Assembly (NCBI RefSeq): GCF_006345805.1
Contig: NC_043005.1
Span: 33,976,001-34,040,000 of the forward strand
Length of the DNA stretch: 64,000 bases
Direction: 5' to 3'
Source of the DNA: Octopus sinensis
Taxonomy: Eukaryota
How positions within the stretch are numbered: position 1 is the stretch's first letter; every line of letters starts with the position of its first letter. The notes beneath the pieces are model-generated. The model was not told the origin of the DNA and made no database searches. It saw nothing but the letters and a program-made list of their open reading frames with translations. Below, piece by piece: positions 12,498 through 25,504 of the stretch. Made by a program: the position numbers and the translations under genes.

Positions 12498-12784
12498 CTG
12501 AAACAAAATGAAAATAGAATTTAAAATTATCGATTAACAAACACATGGCTATAAATTTTGTAAAACTTTTAGAATAATACATATAAGTTTTGTAAAACTT
12601 TGATGGCACATAAGACACACTTGTTTTCCTAAAATATATCAGAAAAAGAAAATCATCCAACATTCTACATGCAAAGTTGGGCCTATATTACATGCTTTAA
12701 TACACTGAAAACTTTTTCCCTAAATATGCACTGCTGAAATTGGGATGCATCTAATATGCCCATTTGTCTGTTATGCTATCAAAT

Positions 12785-13040
12785 ATCACCAGCATCCTTT
12801 AACATCTGTTTTTCTATGCTGGCATGAGTCGGATGGTTTGACCAGAGCTGGCAAACAGAAAAGCCTCACCAGGTTCCAGTCTGATTTGGCTTGGTTTCTA
12901 CAGCTGAATACCCTTCCTAATGCCAACCACTTTATAGTGTGTACTGGGTGCTTTTAAACTGGCACCAACACAAGCGCTTTAACGTGGTACCAACACAAGT
13001 GCTTTTTATGTGGCACTGATACAAGGCTCTTGCAGACCAA
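12785..13040 (-). mobile_element. RTE 3'-tail repeat
   Basis: tail motif on minus strand. Confidence 0.7.
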
Positions 13041-13573
13041 TCCTATTCATCAGGGAAAGCAGCCTTAAAACTTTTGCTGTGGAGGATGAGTCGTCTTCTT
13101 GAGTACAGCAAGGCACCAGAAACAGTAAAATATTTAGAAATGAGGCAATGAGAATTATGTAATGATATCATCAATGAGGGGACATTTGTTGTTGTTTTTT
13201 TTTCTGTTAGCTTTTTAATGAGGAGCCTTGTTTATTATTTAATTTCAGGTCTGCCCTGATTGAGCAAACCTAGGGTCAAAGTATTCCAACTGAGGCCATC
13301 ATACCTTTTACATATAACACAAGTATTACATTGCCCAATGTATTTTCCATTTTTAAGATAGAAGAGTGTAAAGATGGGGGAGACTTGGCTGCTGCTTCTA
13401 GCAAATTGTGCAATTACAAAGACATAGGTGGATACTGATGCCGTTCTTTCTTTATACTGCTTTTAGTTTAAATCACCACACATGGTATATGTATGATTTA
13501 CTGTATCAGTTTAAATCAATGAACAATTCAATATATCAGTATGAATAAACCATGTCTAATTAATATATATAAA

Positions 13574-13944
13574 CTAGCAGTATCGCCCGGCGTTGCTCGG
13601 GTTTGTAAGGGAAATAACTATAAAGCATTTTTAGAGAGTTATAGCCAAAAAAATGGAAAAAAAATGATGGTAAATTTTTTTTAGTTAAAAAGGTCGAGTT
13701 GCGTCCCCTAGACAGTCTGTGGTTTGTGTTTCTGATTCTCGACTCCATGTCGAATTTATCGATTTTTTTCAGAACTGGGGGAACTTTTCAAAATTTTCGC
13801 TGCGTTAGTTTTGAATTATGACATTGGGCTATGTGTGTGTCAAGTTTCATCAGAATCGGTTGAAAGCCGTGGTCAGGGTGAGGGTACAACCTGACAGACA
13901 CACAGAAACACACACAGACAAACTGCCGTTTATATATAGAGAGA
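13574..13944 (-). mobile_element. Complete non-autonomous Helitron (371 bp)
   Basis: minus strand A|TC...CCCGAGCAACGCCGGG hairpin...CTAG|T; internal AAGTTTCATCAGAATCGG and (ACAG/AC)n motifs typical of short Helitrons. Confidence 0.85.
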
Positions 13945-13945
13945 T

Positions 13946-14665
13946 GAGGGGGACCTCTACATGGTAGCTAGACCTGGTAGAAAAAGCAGCCAAATTTCCC
14001 CTGAATCACACCTTACTGTCTTATCTATGTATATATGTATGTATGAGCCTATGAGGGAGACCCCTACATGGCAGCTAGACCTGGTAGAAATAGCAGCCAA
14101 ATTTCCCCCAAATCACACCTTACTGTCTTATCTATGTATATATGTATGTATGAGCCTATGAGGGAGACCCCTACATGGCAGCTAGACCTGGTAGAAATAG
14201 CAGCCAAATTCCCCCAAATCACACCTACTGTCTTATCTATGTATATATGTATGTATGAGCCTATGAGGGAGACCCCTACATGGCAGCTAGACCTGGTAGA
14301 AATAGCAGCCAAATTTCCCCTGAATCACACCTTACTGTCTTATCTATGTATATATGTATGTATGAGCCTATGAGGGAGACCCCTACATGGCAGCTAGACC
14401 TGGTAGAAATAGCAGCCAAATTCCCCCAAATCACACCTTACTGTCTTATCTATGTATATATGTATGTATGAGCCTATGAGGGAGACCCCTACATGGCAGC
14501 TAGACCTGGTAGAAATAGCAGCCAAATTTCCCCCAAATCACACCTTACTGTCTTATCTATGTATATATGTATGTATGAGCCTATGAGGGAGACCCCTACA
14601 TGGCAGCTAGACATGGTAGAAATAGCAGCCAAATCTCCCTCAAATCACACCTTACTGTCTTATCT
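13946..14665. repeat. Minisatellite, about 7 copies of a 105-107 bp unit
   Basis: unit starts at 13946, 14053, 14160, 14265, 14372, 14478, 14585. Confidence 0.95.
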
Positions 14666-14714
14666 TTCTGCTACTTGGATATAGGTGTTATATTCGTCGT
14701 AAAAAAACTTTCCT

Positions 14715-14808
14715 GTCACACACTCACGCACACGCACACACACACACACACGCACCCTCACACACACACACACGCGCACACCCACACACACCCACTCACA
14801 CACACGCA
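14715..14808. repeat. (CA)n compound microsatellite
   Basis: direct reading. Confidence 0.9.
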
Positions 14809-15599
14809 CGTTAGCTTACAATTTTATTTATATATTTGCGTGTCTGTGTGGAAAGAGGAAGTGGGAGGCAGAGTGAAAGAATCACTCACTACAGTAAGTC
14901 AATTACTTTCATTTTATTCGTTGCCCACTGTGTGTGTGCGTTTGCGTGTGCTGTAAACCAGACTAAGAAAAGCATTTGACACACACACCAGAATGTGAGT
15001 TTTCTGTAAATTTTGCTTAACTGGAGTTTAAATTTTAAAAACTGGACCTGGCATGACGCGATGCATTGTACTCTTAAAAATGCAAGGTAAATTGTAATTG
15101 AAGAAATCCTATATTGTAGATTTGTATAACTCCCAAAGGGAGGCAGATAAAATCTGCCTTTTATAATAAGAGATATATATTCTAATACATCTTTTTAAAT
15201 CACCATATGTAATTAATATTGGTTTCAAATTTGGGCACAAGGTCAGTAAGTTATGGAGAGGGAGTAAGTTGATTACACCAACCCCAGTGTTCAACTGGTT
15301 AGTATTTTATCAACCCTGAAAGGATGAAAGGCAAAGTCAACCTCGACAGAAACTGAACTCAGAACATAAAGACAGATATGTTATTAATAATAATAATAAT
15401 GTACAAATGTATCAGTTTAAATCAACTTCTGTAATCAACAAGTAGAATTCTATGTATCAGTTAATAAGTCATTAAATATTTTCCTCAAGATCAAATAAAC
15501 AGGATCAGTGATCAAATACCTGTTTCTAAGATAGTTGAACTATTCAAGATAATCACCTGATACAGGTGACAATAACTGCTATAATCATTATACTATTCA

Positions 15600-16700
15600 A
15601 TTCTCAACATCATAGGACTGCATTGTGCTCCACTGTCTACTTTGGGATGGTTTCTATGGCTGAATGCCCTTCCTAATTCCAACCACTTGACAGAGAGTAC
15701 TGAGTTATGACATCAGCATTTATGAGGTGGCCATGCAAACCAACAAGACTAAGATCCCCTTCAGTTGAGTAGGGCTACAGTAGATAAAGAGTTGGCTTTA
15801 TGCTATGGGATAAGGAATCAGTATGAAAGAAGGGTCCAAGACAGAACAGGTTTCTTACTGTAGAGATGCTACAAGGTTACTCATATTTTACAAGAGAGGG
15901 TGATGATGAGCAGGGTGAAGTTAAGAAGAGATAATAACAGTGAAGATGTCAGGATGGATTCTCAAAATAGAGGTGAGTAGAAGTGAATGAAGACAGGAAA
16001 ACAGGAAGTGTAGGCAGGTCAAGGTTTCAAGAGTATGTAAGAGAGGGTGAAATGATTCATCATCGTTTAATGTCCACCTTCCATGCTAGCATGGATGGGA
16101 CAGTTTCACAAGAGCTGTCCAGGCAGAAGCCAGCACAAGACTTCTGTGACTGTTTTGGCAGGATTTTTACAGCTGGATGCCCTTCCTAACACCAACCACT
16201 CAGCAGAGTGGGCTTAGAGCTTTTCATGTGGCACAAGCACAGGTGAGGTGAGTAGTGTTTCTTACATGGCACAAGCACAGGCAAGTTCATTTTTGGCAAA
16301 GTTTTTACAGCTGGATGCCCTTATGAACAGCAACCACTTTACAGTGTGGACTGGGTACTTTTAAGTGGCACCTGCACTGAGAGGGTCACCAAGTATTTGC
16401 AAGACAAAGAAATGAAGCTTTCAAGAGGGGAGAAGACATTTGAGGAGGTGATCTTGTGTTGTGTGATGAAAAGGTTATAGTGAGACAGATATGGGTGTCT
16501 TGCTGTAGAGGAAGTACAAAGTTACCCGGCCAGAGAGAGAGAGATCAGGAATGAAGACAGAAACAAGTACACTACTGCAAAGGAAATACATGGTTACCCC
16601 AATCTGAGAGAAGGAGAGAGAGTGGGAGACAGCAGGATAGAGATGGTGGCAAAATGCCAAGCACACTAACAAAGAATGGGGATCAGAATATAAATGGGAT
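15600..16700 (-). mobile_element. Two RTE-tailed repeats with purine-rich internal subrepeats
   Basis: tail motifs at about 15650 and 16055-16400; repeated GGTGTCTTGCTGTAGAGG...GGTTACCC-like units; related copies at 19575-19830(-), 23775-23945(-), 36420-36575(+), 37880-38190(+). Confidence 0.65.
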
Positions 16701-16848
16701 GGTTGAGTAAAGGACCTTATAAAACTGACATTTTTTTTTTAATGGAAAATGTAAATATATATATAGTCTCGATTTAATATTGTGTTGGAGAAGAATCAGA
16801 TTCACAATATAGCAACCTATCACAATAAAATGTTTGTTGGATATGTAC

Positions 16849-16939
16849 CTGTTTCATATGTTCCGCAATAATCAAAGTCTGCTCAGGTGTAACAGTGATA
16901 TCTACATTTGATGGTTGACCAAATTTACAAATATCAGTC
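16849..16939 (-). CDS. GON4L: GON4L exon 9 (TDICKFGQP...TPEQTLIIAEHMKQ)
   Basis: tttcAG / CAG|GTACAT, 91 nt, phase 2-0. Confidence 0.88.
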
Positions 16940-17415
16940 CTGAAATAAAAGAAAAAAGAAAAACACAATAAACCAACAGGATCAAGATTGTATTTCCTAG
17001 ATGTTATTCTTTAATCTATTAGCCAGGAGGGAAGGACAGTAATCATAACACTTTATTGGCCCATCAAGACTAGTGGGGGCTGAGAGGGAAGGAGAGTTAT
17101 TTTCAAACTAGAGACCCGGATCCAAATACTTACAAAAGAAAGGACTCCTCTAAAGGCATCCAAGGACCATGGGGTGGTGGTGATAGTATTAAATGAAGAG
17201 ATGAATTAAGTCACACCAATGTCTCAACATGAGACCTTCACAAAACCCATTTATAATTAGTCACACTGAGTTGTAGGCAACAACTGGATAGTTGAAGTGG
17301 TTTTGTCTAGTCTACTTACCTTTAGATCACTGATATTGTCATATGTTACCTGGAGCAGTAGACATTTGACCAACCTATGAAGTGACATCATACAAACACA
17401 ATCAAACACCTATTC

Positions 17416-17745
17416 CAATGTTCTCAACCAGGGTCCAGAAGATTTTGGTGGGTATACACAAGTAAAATAGTAATTTGGGGCTCCACAGTATTATTTTAAG
17501 GATCCATAGAAAAATTTGCTTTAGAGGTATCTATTGCAAGAAACAGCTAGGTTTTTTTCTCTAATGTTTAACACAGTCCAACATGTTTCTTGCTGGGTGA
17601 ACATGAGAACATGTGAAAAACAAAATAGGAATTTTAAAAGTATCTATAAAACTAGTTTTTAAAACATCAAATGGTTATGGAGATCCACTAGAATAAAATA
17701 GTAATCAAAGGAATCCCATAAGTTAAAAATGTTCAAGAACCACTG
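17416..17745. mobile_element. hAT (Charlie-like) MITE
   Basis: degenerate termini CAATGTTCTCAACC ... GTTCAAGAACCACTG; no intact TSD seen. Confidence 0.6.
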
Positions 17746-17949
17746 ATCAATGGAAAAATGAATGTAAACATATCTCAAAAATTACATTGACAAAGGTATC
17801 CCATCCCATATTTTTAGTTTCACACCTATTCATACATGCTTACACAGGTGGAGGGGATTTATTTGTAGAAACAACTGCTTTTTACAGTAAATTTCCTTGC
17901 CTACCATGAACCATTCAACTGTGAAATAAGAATGGAATTTGTTTTAATG

Positions 17950-18760
17950 TCCTCTTTTTCATATTGGCAGAGTTGGACAGATCTCCAGGATAGAAAATTA
18001 CCAATCACTGCAATTTTGTATCATTTCGTTTTTGGAGTCTGACCTCACTCTCTCACTCCATGCTTCTTTGGTCAAACAAATCTTCTCTATCGTCACAGCA
18101 TTTCTATTGCCAGTACATCTGTATACTGTATTTCTCCTGCACACTTAAAATTCATTTATTTAATATCCAACTACCCTCTCAGCTTTACCTCTCATACAAA
18201 GTGATGTTACACTTTTAACAGATCATATTTAATTCATTTTACCCTAGTTTCTGCACATCTCCCATACTTGATGCCTATATCTCACTACCATTCAACACCA
18301 CATTTTTTGCACAAGCTTCATATAACTGCCTTTTTCACAAAGAAACTTTTTACAGCTCATTCCTTACTGCTGAAACAATCAATGCCTTAGCAATTACCAA
18401 TGCAGTTCTATTTAAATAACCTGGGTAACAGAAACTATTGACTAATTCTTGTGAGTCATCTGAGCTCTACCACATTTCATAGCTATCTGTATTGTTAACT
18501 ACTTTTAACCATTTAACACATCTGAAGTTCTGTTTGTTTATGTCTGCCAAAGACACCCATGTTTTTTGAAAGCCATCTACCCAAAAATTTTCTAGTGTCT
18601 CCACTTATATATATACTTGCTCTAGAGTCACTACTTTCCCATACTTGCTCTATTCAAGTATCTTCAGAGATTTAATCCAATTTAAAAAATGTTTGTTCCA
18701 TACAGAGAAAAGTAGCAAAAACAGAAAAGGAGCTCATTCTTTCCCCAGTAATACTGTATC
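17950..18760 (-). mobile_element. Old RTE LINE fragment
   Basis: decayed translation ...NSFCYPG...KRQLYEACAKNVVLNGSE... parallels RTE post-RT region seen elsewhere in window. Confidence 0.55.
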
Positions 18761-19140
18761 TGATGGCATAAAAGATGTATGGCTAAATTAAATGCAGCCA
18801 AATTTCAACAGCACATATCCAGAAAAAAAGTTTTTAATGCCTTAAAGCAAATAATATAAACCAGACTTTGTATTTAGGACCCAGAGTGAGTTTTTTGAGG
18901 AAAAAACATAACTTATATGCCATCAAATACAGTACATACAGATTCAATAAACTCTCAGTGTTTATGAGTGTTCTCAACCACGTCAGTTTCATTGAAATAT
19001 ATGTTCAACATATACTTTTGAGTGAGAAGCTCGCCCAATTTGGAGAAAGAGATTGATTGATATTTCAACATGAGATGACAATCTCATTTACACAAAAATA
19101 GGAATCTGTGAATTGTAAAAAACAAATTAATACAACAAAC

Positions 19141-19231
19141 CCAGTCAAAATATTTGGTTGTAACATAGTTTCTTCTTCTTCGTTTGCATCCTCATTAAAC
19201 AATTCATCCAACAGACCATGCAGCTCTTTCT
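19141..19231 (-). CDS. GON4L: GON4L exon 8 (KKELHGLLDELFNED...NILTG)
   Basis: ttgcAG acceptor; weak donor GG|GTTTGT but phase 2 fits the next exon; 91 nt. Confidence 0.85.
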
Positions 19232-20139
19232 CTGCAAGGAAAAACAACAGAACTTTGGTATAATGATACCAGCCAAAAAAGAACAACTTGTATTACTGAC
19301 TTTTCTAATCTTTCATATCATCACCTTCCTTTAACTCTTTAGTATTCAGATTTTACAATCAAATGTAATGCTTATTTATTCACACTATTTAGAATTAATC
19401 ATGCATTATCTCATAGCTGTGAAATTTCTGTGATGTGATTCTTTACTTTGGGAATATTATGGGATAGGTGTAAGAAGCTGGACCTGGCTTGTTTTGAACA
19501 TAAAGGAAGTAAAATATTAAGGCTGGATACGGTCAGTTTAAATGATAAAGGGTTAGTGTCTCTTTTTCCATACTGACAATGTGTTGGACAGTTCAGCATG
19601 AAGTGATGAGCTAGAGAGCTGTGCCAAGCTCCAATAACTGCTTTAGCACGATTCCTACAGCTGGATGCCTTTAACACCAACCACTTTACTGAGTGTACTG
19701 AGTACTTTTTTCATGGTGCCAAATAATCACAAGACAAAATAAAACCCATGAGGAGAGTATAGTACTAAGAAATATGAAAGTATGATAGAGGGACAGGAGC
19801 AGGTGTCTTGTTGAAGAGGTGAATGATTTTTGTGTATGTGTGTGTGTGTGCATGCACGTGAGTGTTATATACATTTTATATATAATTGTTTTAGTCGTTA
19901 TTGTTTAATCCAAACAAAAGTAATAGAATCCAAAACATTTACTACTCCACTTCTTCCCCATCTCTGAGATGGATTGATAGCTTGACATTCAGATTGAATT
20001 TCTGCAGATTCAGTGAGATAACATATAGATAGGGAAGGAAATGAAGGTTACATTTTAACCATTAAATAATTTACTCATAATCACTAAGTTATTATTACTT
20101 TGAATCACAAAATCTGTCAAACAAAAAAAAATGTTAAAA

Positions 20140-20187
20140 AATGTTCCAAATAGTTGGTACCCAGGCAACACCAGATAACTCTAGTAG
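20140..20187 (+). mobile_element. Helitron 3' end remnant
   Basis: CCCAGGCAACACCAGATAACTCTAGT resembles the 3' hairpin+CTAG of the 13574 element. Confidence 0.45.
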
Positions 20188-20189
20188 AC

Positions 20190-20906
20190 GACGACATCGA
20201 CCGTACAACCTGACATTTTGTAATGAACTGTATCACCATTCCATGTCATTCCCTGTTTTCCAGGGAGTAGAGCTGATCCACTGAGTTAAATATCTTTGAG
20301 TTAAGTAACTTTATTCAGTACAAGGAACAGGATGAAAAATATTGACTCCTCCAGTAGTCTAACGGTTTTGCTTCCTGAGAAAGACTGAGTAGACCCTATC
20401 TCCTCAGAAAAACTGTTAATAAAAATTCAGGTGTAAAATCGTCCTCACTGTCACTATCGCCATTTTCAGTTTCTTCAGAATCACTGCTTTCAGTTTCAGA
20501 TACAGAAATATCTGATTCAATCTCATACACCATGTGCTTTTGTACTTCACTCATTCTTTTTCTCAAATTCTTCATATGTTCCATTGAAAAACTCTCAAAT
20601 TCGGAATCACTGCTTGATAGCATGAAACTCTTATTCATTTTCAAAGTTGAAAAAAATCGACGCAGAAAAAATGTGGAAAAAAATCTCCCAAAATTCACTG
20701 AATTCAGATATCATGTCAGACAATGTCAGATACTATAACTCAACTATTTACAAAGTGAAATCACGTGTTTTCACGAATGTACTAATGAAATTTGTGTTCA
20801 AATTCACATTTAAATAACAATGGGTACACTTGGCCGGCGACGGCCAGGTTGGTCATTTAAACCCAAAAATTTTCAGCTGCCTGTGGCCAGGTTAGTATCA
20901 AAAGGG
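20190..20906 (-). mobile_element. piggyBac-like transposon 5' fragment
   Basis: TTAA|CCCTTTTGATAC terminus at 20906; acidic Ser/Asp/Glu-rich ORF 20396-20698 as in piggyBac transposase N-termini. Confidence 0.55.
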
Positions 20907-20920
20907 TTAAGATAACTTAC

Positions 20921-21049
20921 TTGACACACGCACCAACCGATCATTTCTAAAGTCTTCATCATCTGGCAGTTCATTCTCAGCTTCAGCTAAGTAATTATAT
21001 TCTGGGTCATTGGCATCATCATCAAGGGCTTCACTAGGGTCTTCTACAT
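20921..21049 (-). CDS. GON4L: GON4L exon 7 (DVEDPSEALDDDANDPEYNYL...DFRNDRLVRVS)
   Basis: tacAG / A|GTAAGT, 129 nt, phase 1-1. Confidence 0.93.
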
Positions 21050-21306
21050 CTGTAATGATGAACAAAAGTGAGAAAGAATGGCAGAGAGAGAGAGAGAGAT
21101 TATAAAAGGAAAAAATATGAACAAAGACAGAGAAAAATATAAAGGTAGAATAATGGTAAAAAAAGAATGTGATTAAAGTGGGAAAGGAACCACTGTAAAA
21201 AGAAAGGGAAGGAAAGATGACGATATGAAGAAAGAAAGAATGAAAAGGAAAGAGAATGTAATGAAGAGTAAATGAAAGAGAAAGAAACAGAGATTAATTG
21301 ACTGAC

Positions 21307-21487
21307 CTTGACTTTTGGTGAGTGATTTTAAAAAGTCTTTCCAATCTTTGTCATTGCACTCTGTGTCATACATGTCTTCAGTAATGTCAGGAGCAACAAA
21401 ATGAGCCTCTAACTCAGTCAGAGATGTGTCATGCAAAGGTAGTTTTGAACGAGTTCGACGGGCAATAGTCTCTTCAGACACGTCGTC
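21307..21487 (-). CDS. GON4L: GON4L exon 6 (DDVSEETIARRTRSKLPL...DWKDFLKSLTKSQ)
   Basis: cacAG / G|GTCAGT, 181 nt; hallmark RTRSKLPL and APDITEDMYD motifs. Confidence 0.93.
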
Positions 21488-22297
21488 CTGTGATAAACAA
21501 GATCGTAAGTGATTAGAGTACAACAGGAGAGCACGAATTGCTGCCAACGAAGAAGTACATTCAATGATTTCATTGTCTTGAATAAGACATAAGCCCCAAG
21601 TTAAATGATGTGCATATATGATGGATGTCCTTGTTGGTTTCAATAACGGAATGTTAAAATGCTTGATCAAAGGGTCTACCTATTGTGTAAGTGGCTGTAT
21701 ATTCACATAGAGAGAGCGAGAGAGAGAAGGATGCATCTCTGAAATGCATGTACAGTTCAATTGATGAGCTTCTGTTTCCATCTACACAGTTTCACACACA
21801 AGGCTCAAGTTAACCTTAAGCTACAACAGAAGACACTGGCTGGGGTCATGGTTAGTTAAATCAACTCCTGTTTACTATATTCATAAATTAAAGGTGCATT
21901 AAGCAGCACTGAATGAAATATAGTAATGTATAGTCTTATTTACAGTCTTCTCTTGAGACAATTTGTGTAGCATATTGCTTTTCCCTGTCCAAACATAAAC
22001 CAATATGTTAAATATGACTGTAGATAACTATATTATATTCATAAGGTTATGAAAACATTCAATCTGAGCAAACAATATCATCAATACTTATCTAACAATA
22101 ACAATGGAGTTAATAGAGACAAAAGAGAGAGGAACTGGATAAATGTTTTCGTAGTTCAGTAGTACCTAATCTTTCTGAGTTCAAATCCTGCTGGGAATGA
22201 TTGTACTATTCAAAAATGTTATACCAATGAAAAATCACATCAAAAAACTCAGGTATTGTCTCTTAGGTAAAAGTATTCGTCCAGAATCATTACTAAC

Positions 22298-22438
22298 CTT
22301 CTTATCTTCATCATCTGTCTCAGTCAAAGATTGTTTGCAATTTTCGGTCAATGTTGTCATGGATGATTTCATGAGATGCAAGTTAGGAGAACATGTTAAC
22401 GAGGAATTTAAACTTTCGGTGTCATCATCACTTTCAAT
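22298..22438 (-). CDS. GON4L: GON4L exon 5 (IESDDDTESLNSS...TDDEDKK)
   Basis: long T-tract+TAG acceptor, AAG|GTTAGT donor, 141 nt, phase 0-0. Confidence 0.85.
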
Positions 22439-22719
22439 CTACAGAAAAAAAAAAGAAAAAAACTAATTCAAAAGAGGTACAAGTTTTCACAAACAATAGG
22501 AAGGTAGTTAGAGTAGTCAGCTATTTTATAATACTCTATGATATCTAGAAGAAGAGGTGAGGTTAGTGATGACAATATTCCTGTCAGCAAGGAATAACAA
22601 CAGTTTGTTAACCAATACAGATCATGAGACCATTTTGATTTTCAGTTGCAAGTAGTGCATTTACACCACCAATACTCCTAGAGGAAAAGAATAAACATCG
22701 CAACTACCCAAATATGATA

Positions 22720-23780
22720 CAGGTACACAATCTTTTATCCGGAAATCTAAAGTCCGAGAAGCTCCACAAAACAACTTTTCTGTGGAGGCTGGAGCGTGTC
22801 ATAAGAGGGGTCATGCACAAACAGCTTTCTTCTGAACAAATTAACAATGCTGATGAAACAACTTTGTATTGGCACTACATTCCAAGAAAAAAAACCTTAA
22901 CAACAACAGATGAGACAGCACCAGCAGGTTTTAAGGATGCTAAGGAAAGGTTAATTATTCTTGGATGTGTTAATGCAGCAGGCACACACAAGGTGAAGTT
23001 GGAGGTCATTGGAAAAAGCCAACATCCAAGATGTCTGAAAGGCCTAGTTAATTTACCTGTGCATTATTACGCAAACAAGAAAACAGGGGTAACCTGAGAA
23101 ATATTTTCTGACTAGTTCAATAACTACTTTGTACTAGGGGCAAAAGCTCATTGCAAGTAAGCTGGACTGGAAGAAAACTGTAAAATTCTATTGTTCCTGG
23201 ACATCTTCTCTGCTTCCCAATGAGACATCTATTTTATAGCCTTGTGATCATGGAATTTTATACTCCATGAAGAGCAACTGTAAAAATCCTTTTATGAACT
23301 GTATGCTTGATGCAGTCAACAAAGGAATAAGAATGCAAGACTAACTGAAAGAGTTCATTGTCAAGGATGCTATCAACACTGTTGCGAATGCTTGGAATGA
23401 TGTTGATAAATCAACAGTAAGAAATGCTTGGCACAGGACTTGGCCAATAACAATGTTTGATGAAACCGACCTTATAGATAATGAGTTCAGAGGATTTCAT
23501 GTCACCAATGAGGTGAAGATGATATCAAAACTCGTAACTTATTTTCATCATGCGAAATTGTAAGCAAGCTAGAAGAAGCAGACATTGAAGAAATGCTAAA
23601 CATTGACAATGATGCACCTGTTATGCATTCCTTGAGTGATGGGGAAATTAGTGAAATGGTGTTGAATATGGATAAGAATGAAGACAGTAATGATGATACA
23701 GAGAACACGAGGGAAAAAATTCCTATAGATGATACAGTGAAAATTTGTTATCTTAATAGCTGGCCTTCAACAACATACAT
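22720..23780 (+). mobile_element. pogo/Tigger-family transposon, internally deleted, DDE transposase pseudogene
   Basis: TA|CAGGTACAC...ATCCGG terminus; NADETTLYW...GFKDAKERLIILGCVNAAGTHKVKL..IGKS..PRCLKG...LPVHYY; later NAWNDV and LSDGEI motifs; stops and frameshifts. Confidence 0.88.
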
Positions 23781-24069
23781 TTACCAGTGAACAACAGATT
23801 ATGGGAGTTGCTTCAGTTGATTTTGGCATGGTGTCTATGGCTGAATGCCTTTTGTAATGCCAACCACTTTACATACAGTATGTATTGGGTGCTTTTTTGT
23901 GCTACCAGCACTAGTGAGGTCCCCATGAAGCTTGCAAGACCACATATCTCAAGCAAAGCTAGAAGATGAGAGGTTAAATTCCTCAAATATATAAACTTCA
24001 CAACTGCCAATTCCTTAAATATATAAACCAAGCAGCAAGAATATTTCTAACAAACAATAAAGTACTCAC

Positions 24070-24198
24070 CTCTGCCGTGGTATCTTTTTCTGGGTTGTAG
24101 TCATCATCTTCTTCATCTTCATTGAAAGGGATATCCAAGATACTTACTTTACTTTCTGATATTTTGTTGGAGGGCAATGGCCATGGAGTCATCATTCC
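24070..24198 (-). CDS. GON4L: GON4L exon 4 (GMMTPWP...DEEDDDYNPEKDTTAE)
   Basis: tttcAG / GTGAGT, 129 nt, phase 0-0. Confidence 0.9.
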
Positions 24199-25364
24199 CT
24201 GAAAAATAAATATTTGACAAAATATTAATATTCCAGAGGTTATAAAGGAAAATACAAAATAGAGAAAACAAAAAACAGTATAATTTAATGTCCAAGTAAA
24301 ATATATAAAACATAAATGCTTAACATTATTTTATTTTCATTTGTAATTAAGGTGAATTTTTTTACTCAATTCATTAGGAAATTCATTTAACTGTCTTTCA
24401 AGAGTGTGTTTAAAAATATCTTTAACAAAGCAAGGTAAATGTCAGAACATTAAAACATAAAAAGGTGCAGGATGTCCCAGAGAAATAGGGTAATTTGAGA
24501 CATACATGTTCAATAGACTTATGGAAAACTTGTGAATGGACTGTAGAATTTTGAAGTAATGACCAGCACATAAATTGTTTTGAAGGTATAGCCATGTGGA
24601 TAAAAATTTTGATTTACAACTACAAGGTTCTAGGTCCTATCCCACAGTGTAGCATCCTGAGGTAAATATCTTTTGCAATAGTTTCAGGTTAACCAATCCC
24701 TTCTACATGAAATTAGGTCAATAAAAAATACGCAGCAGCCTTAAGAAAAAAGTATAGTGTGTGTGTGCATATATATATATATATAAATCAAAGGTAACAT
24801 AAGTGATAACGTAACAAACGACAAACAGGACAGAAACAAAATACACTGTTCTTTGAAAGAAGTGGAAAGTAATTGAGAAATTCACACCTTATATTAATGG
24901 ATTGAATAAATGTAGGCTTTGTTTAGCTGAAAGAGCACAGATCCTGTTCAGATCTAACTCTCTACTGAAGTCTTGGTCAAAAATTTTCAGTGGTTGCAAG
25001 TATATGTATAAATATATTTTGAAGAATTGGAAAATTCCACCTGTTCCTGACTAACTTGTTGATATCTTTCCAGCCTTATAATTTAAGGTCTAAGGAGGAT
25101 AGCTCTCTTACCTTTTTACTTTTTACATTTAAGGTTTTGTTTTAATTTTCCATTTTCCATGTTTTCACTTCCTGCATTTTCTATATGCTGCCTTTTCAGT
25201 TTTTTTTTGTTTTTTTTTCACATTTCTTCTATTATTCAATTTGTTTTGTTTGTTATGATATGTGGTTTGTGCCTGAAGATTATGTTTGAGTATTTCTCAA
25301 CATATGAAACTATTAGTATCACTTAAAGACATACACTGTGCCCTTTAAATAACTAATATAATAG

Positions 25365-25498
25365 AGATGTGGTAGATGAGAAATGCATGCGAATGGATAA
25401 TGGTATGCTTGCACTTAGTGACTCAGAGAAGAAGGATGCATGGAGATGCCATTATGAAAGGTTATTAAATGTGGAAAATGACTGGGAGAAGGAGTCTT
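25365..25498 (+). mobile_element. RTE fragment (EN-RT linker)
   Basis: EKCMRMDNG..ALSDSEKKDAWRCHYERLLNVENDWEKES. Confidence 0.8.
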
Positions 25499-25504
25499 AA
25501 CTGG

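Noticed and set aside
13961-14684. Repeated MAARPGRNSSQ ORFs and possible CRISPR-like array
   Set aside because: Contiguous tandem units with no unique spacers, in a eukaryotic intron; ORFs are a by-product of the repeat.
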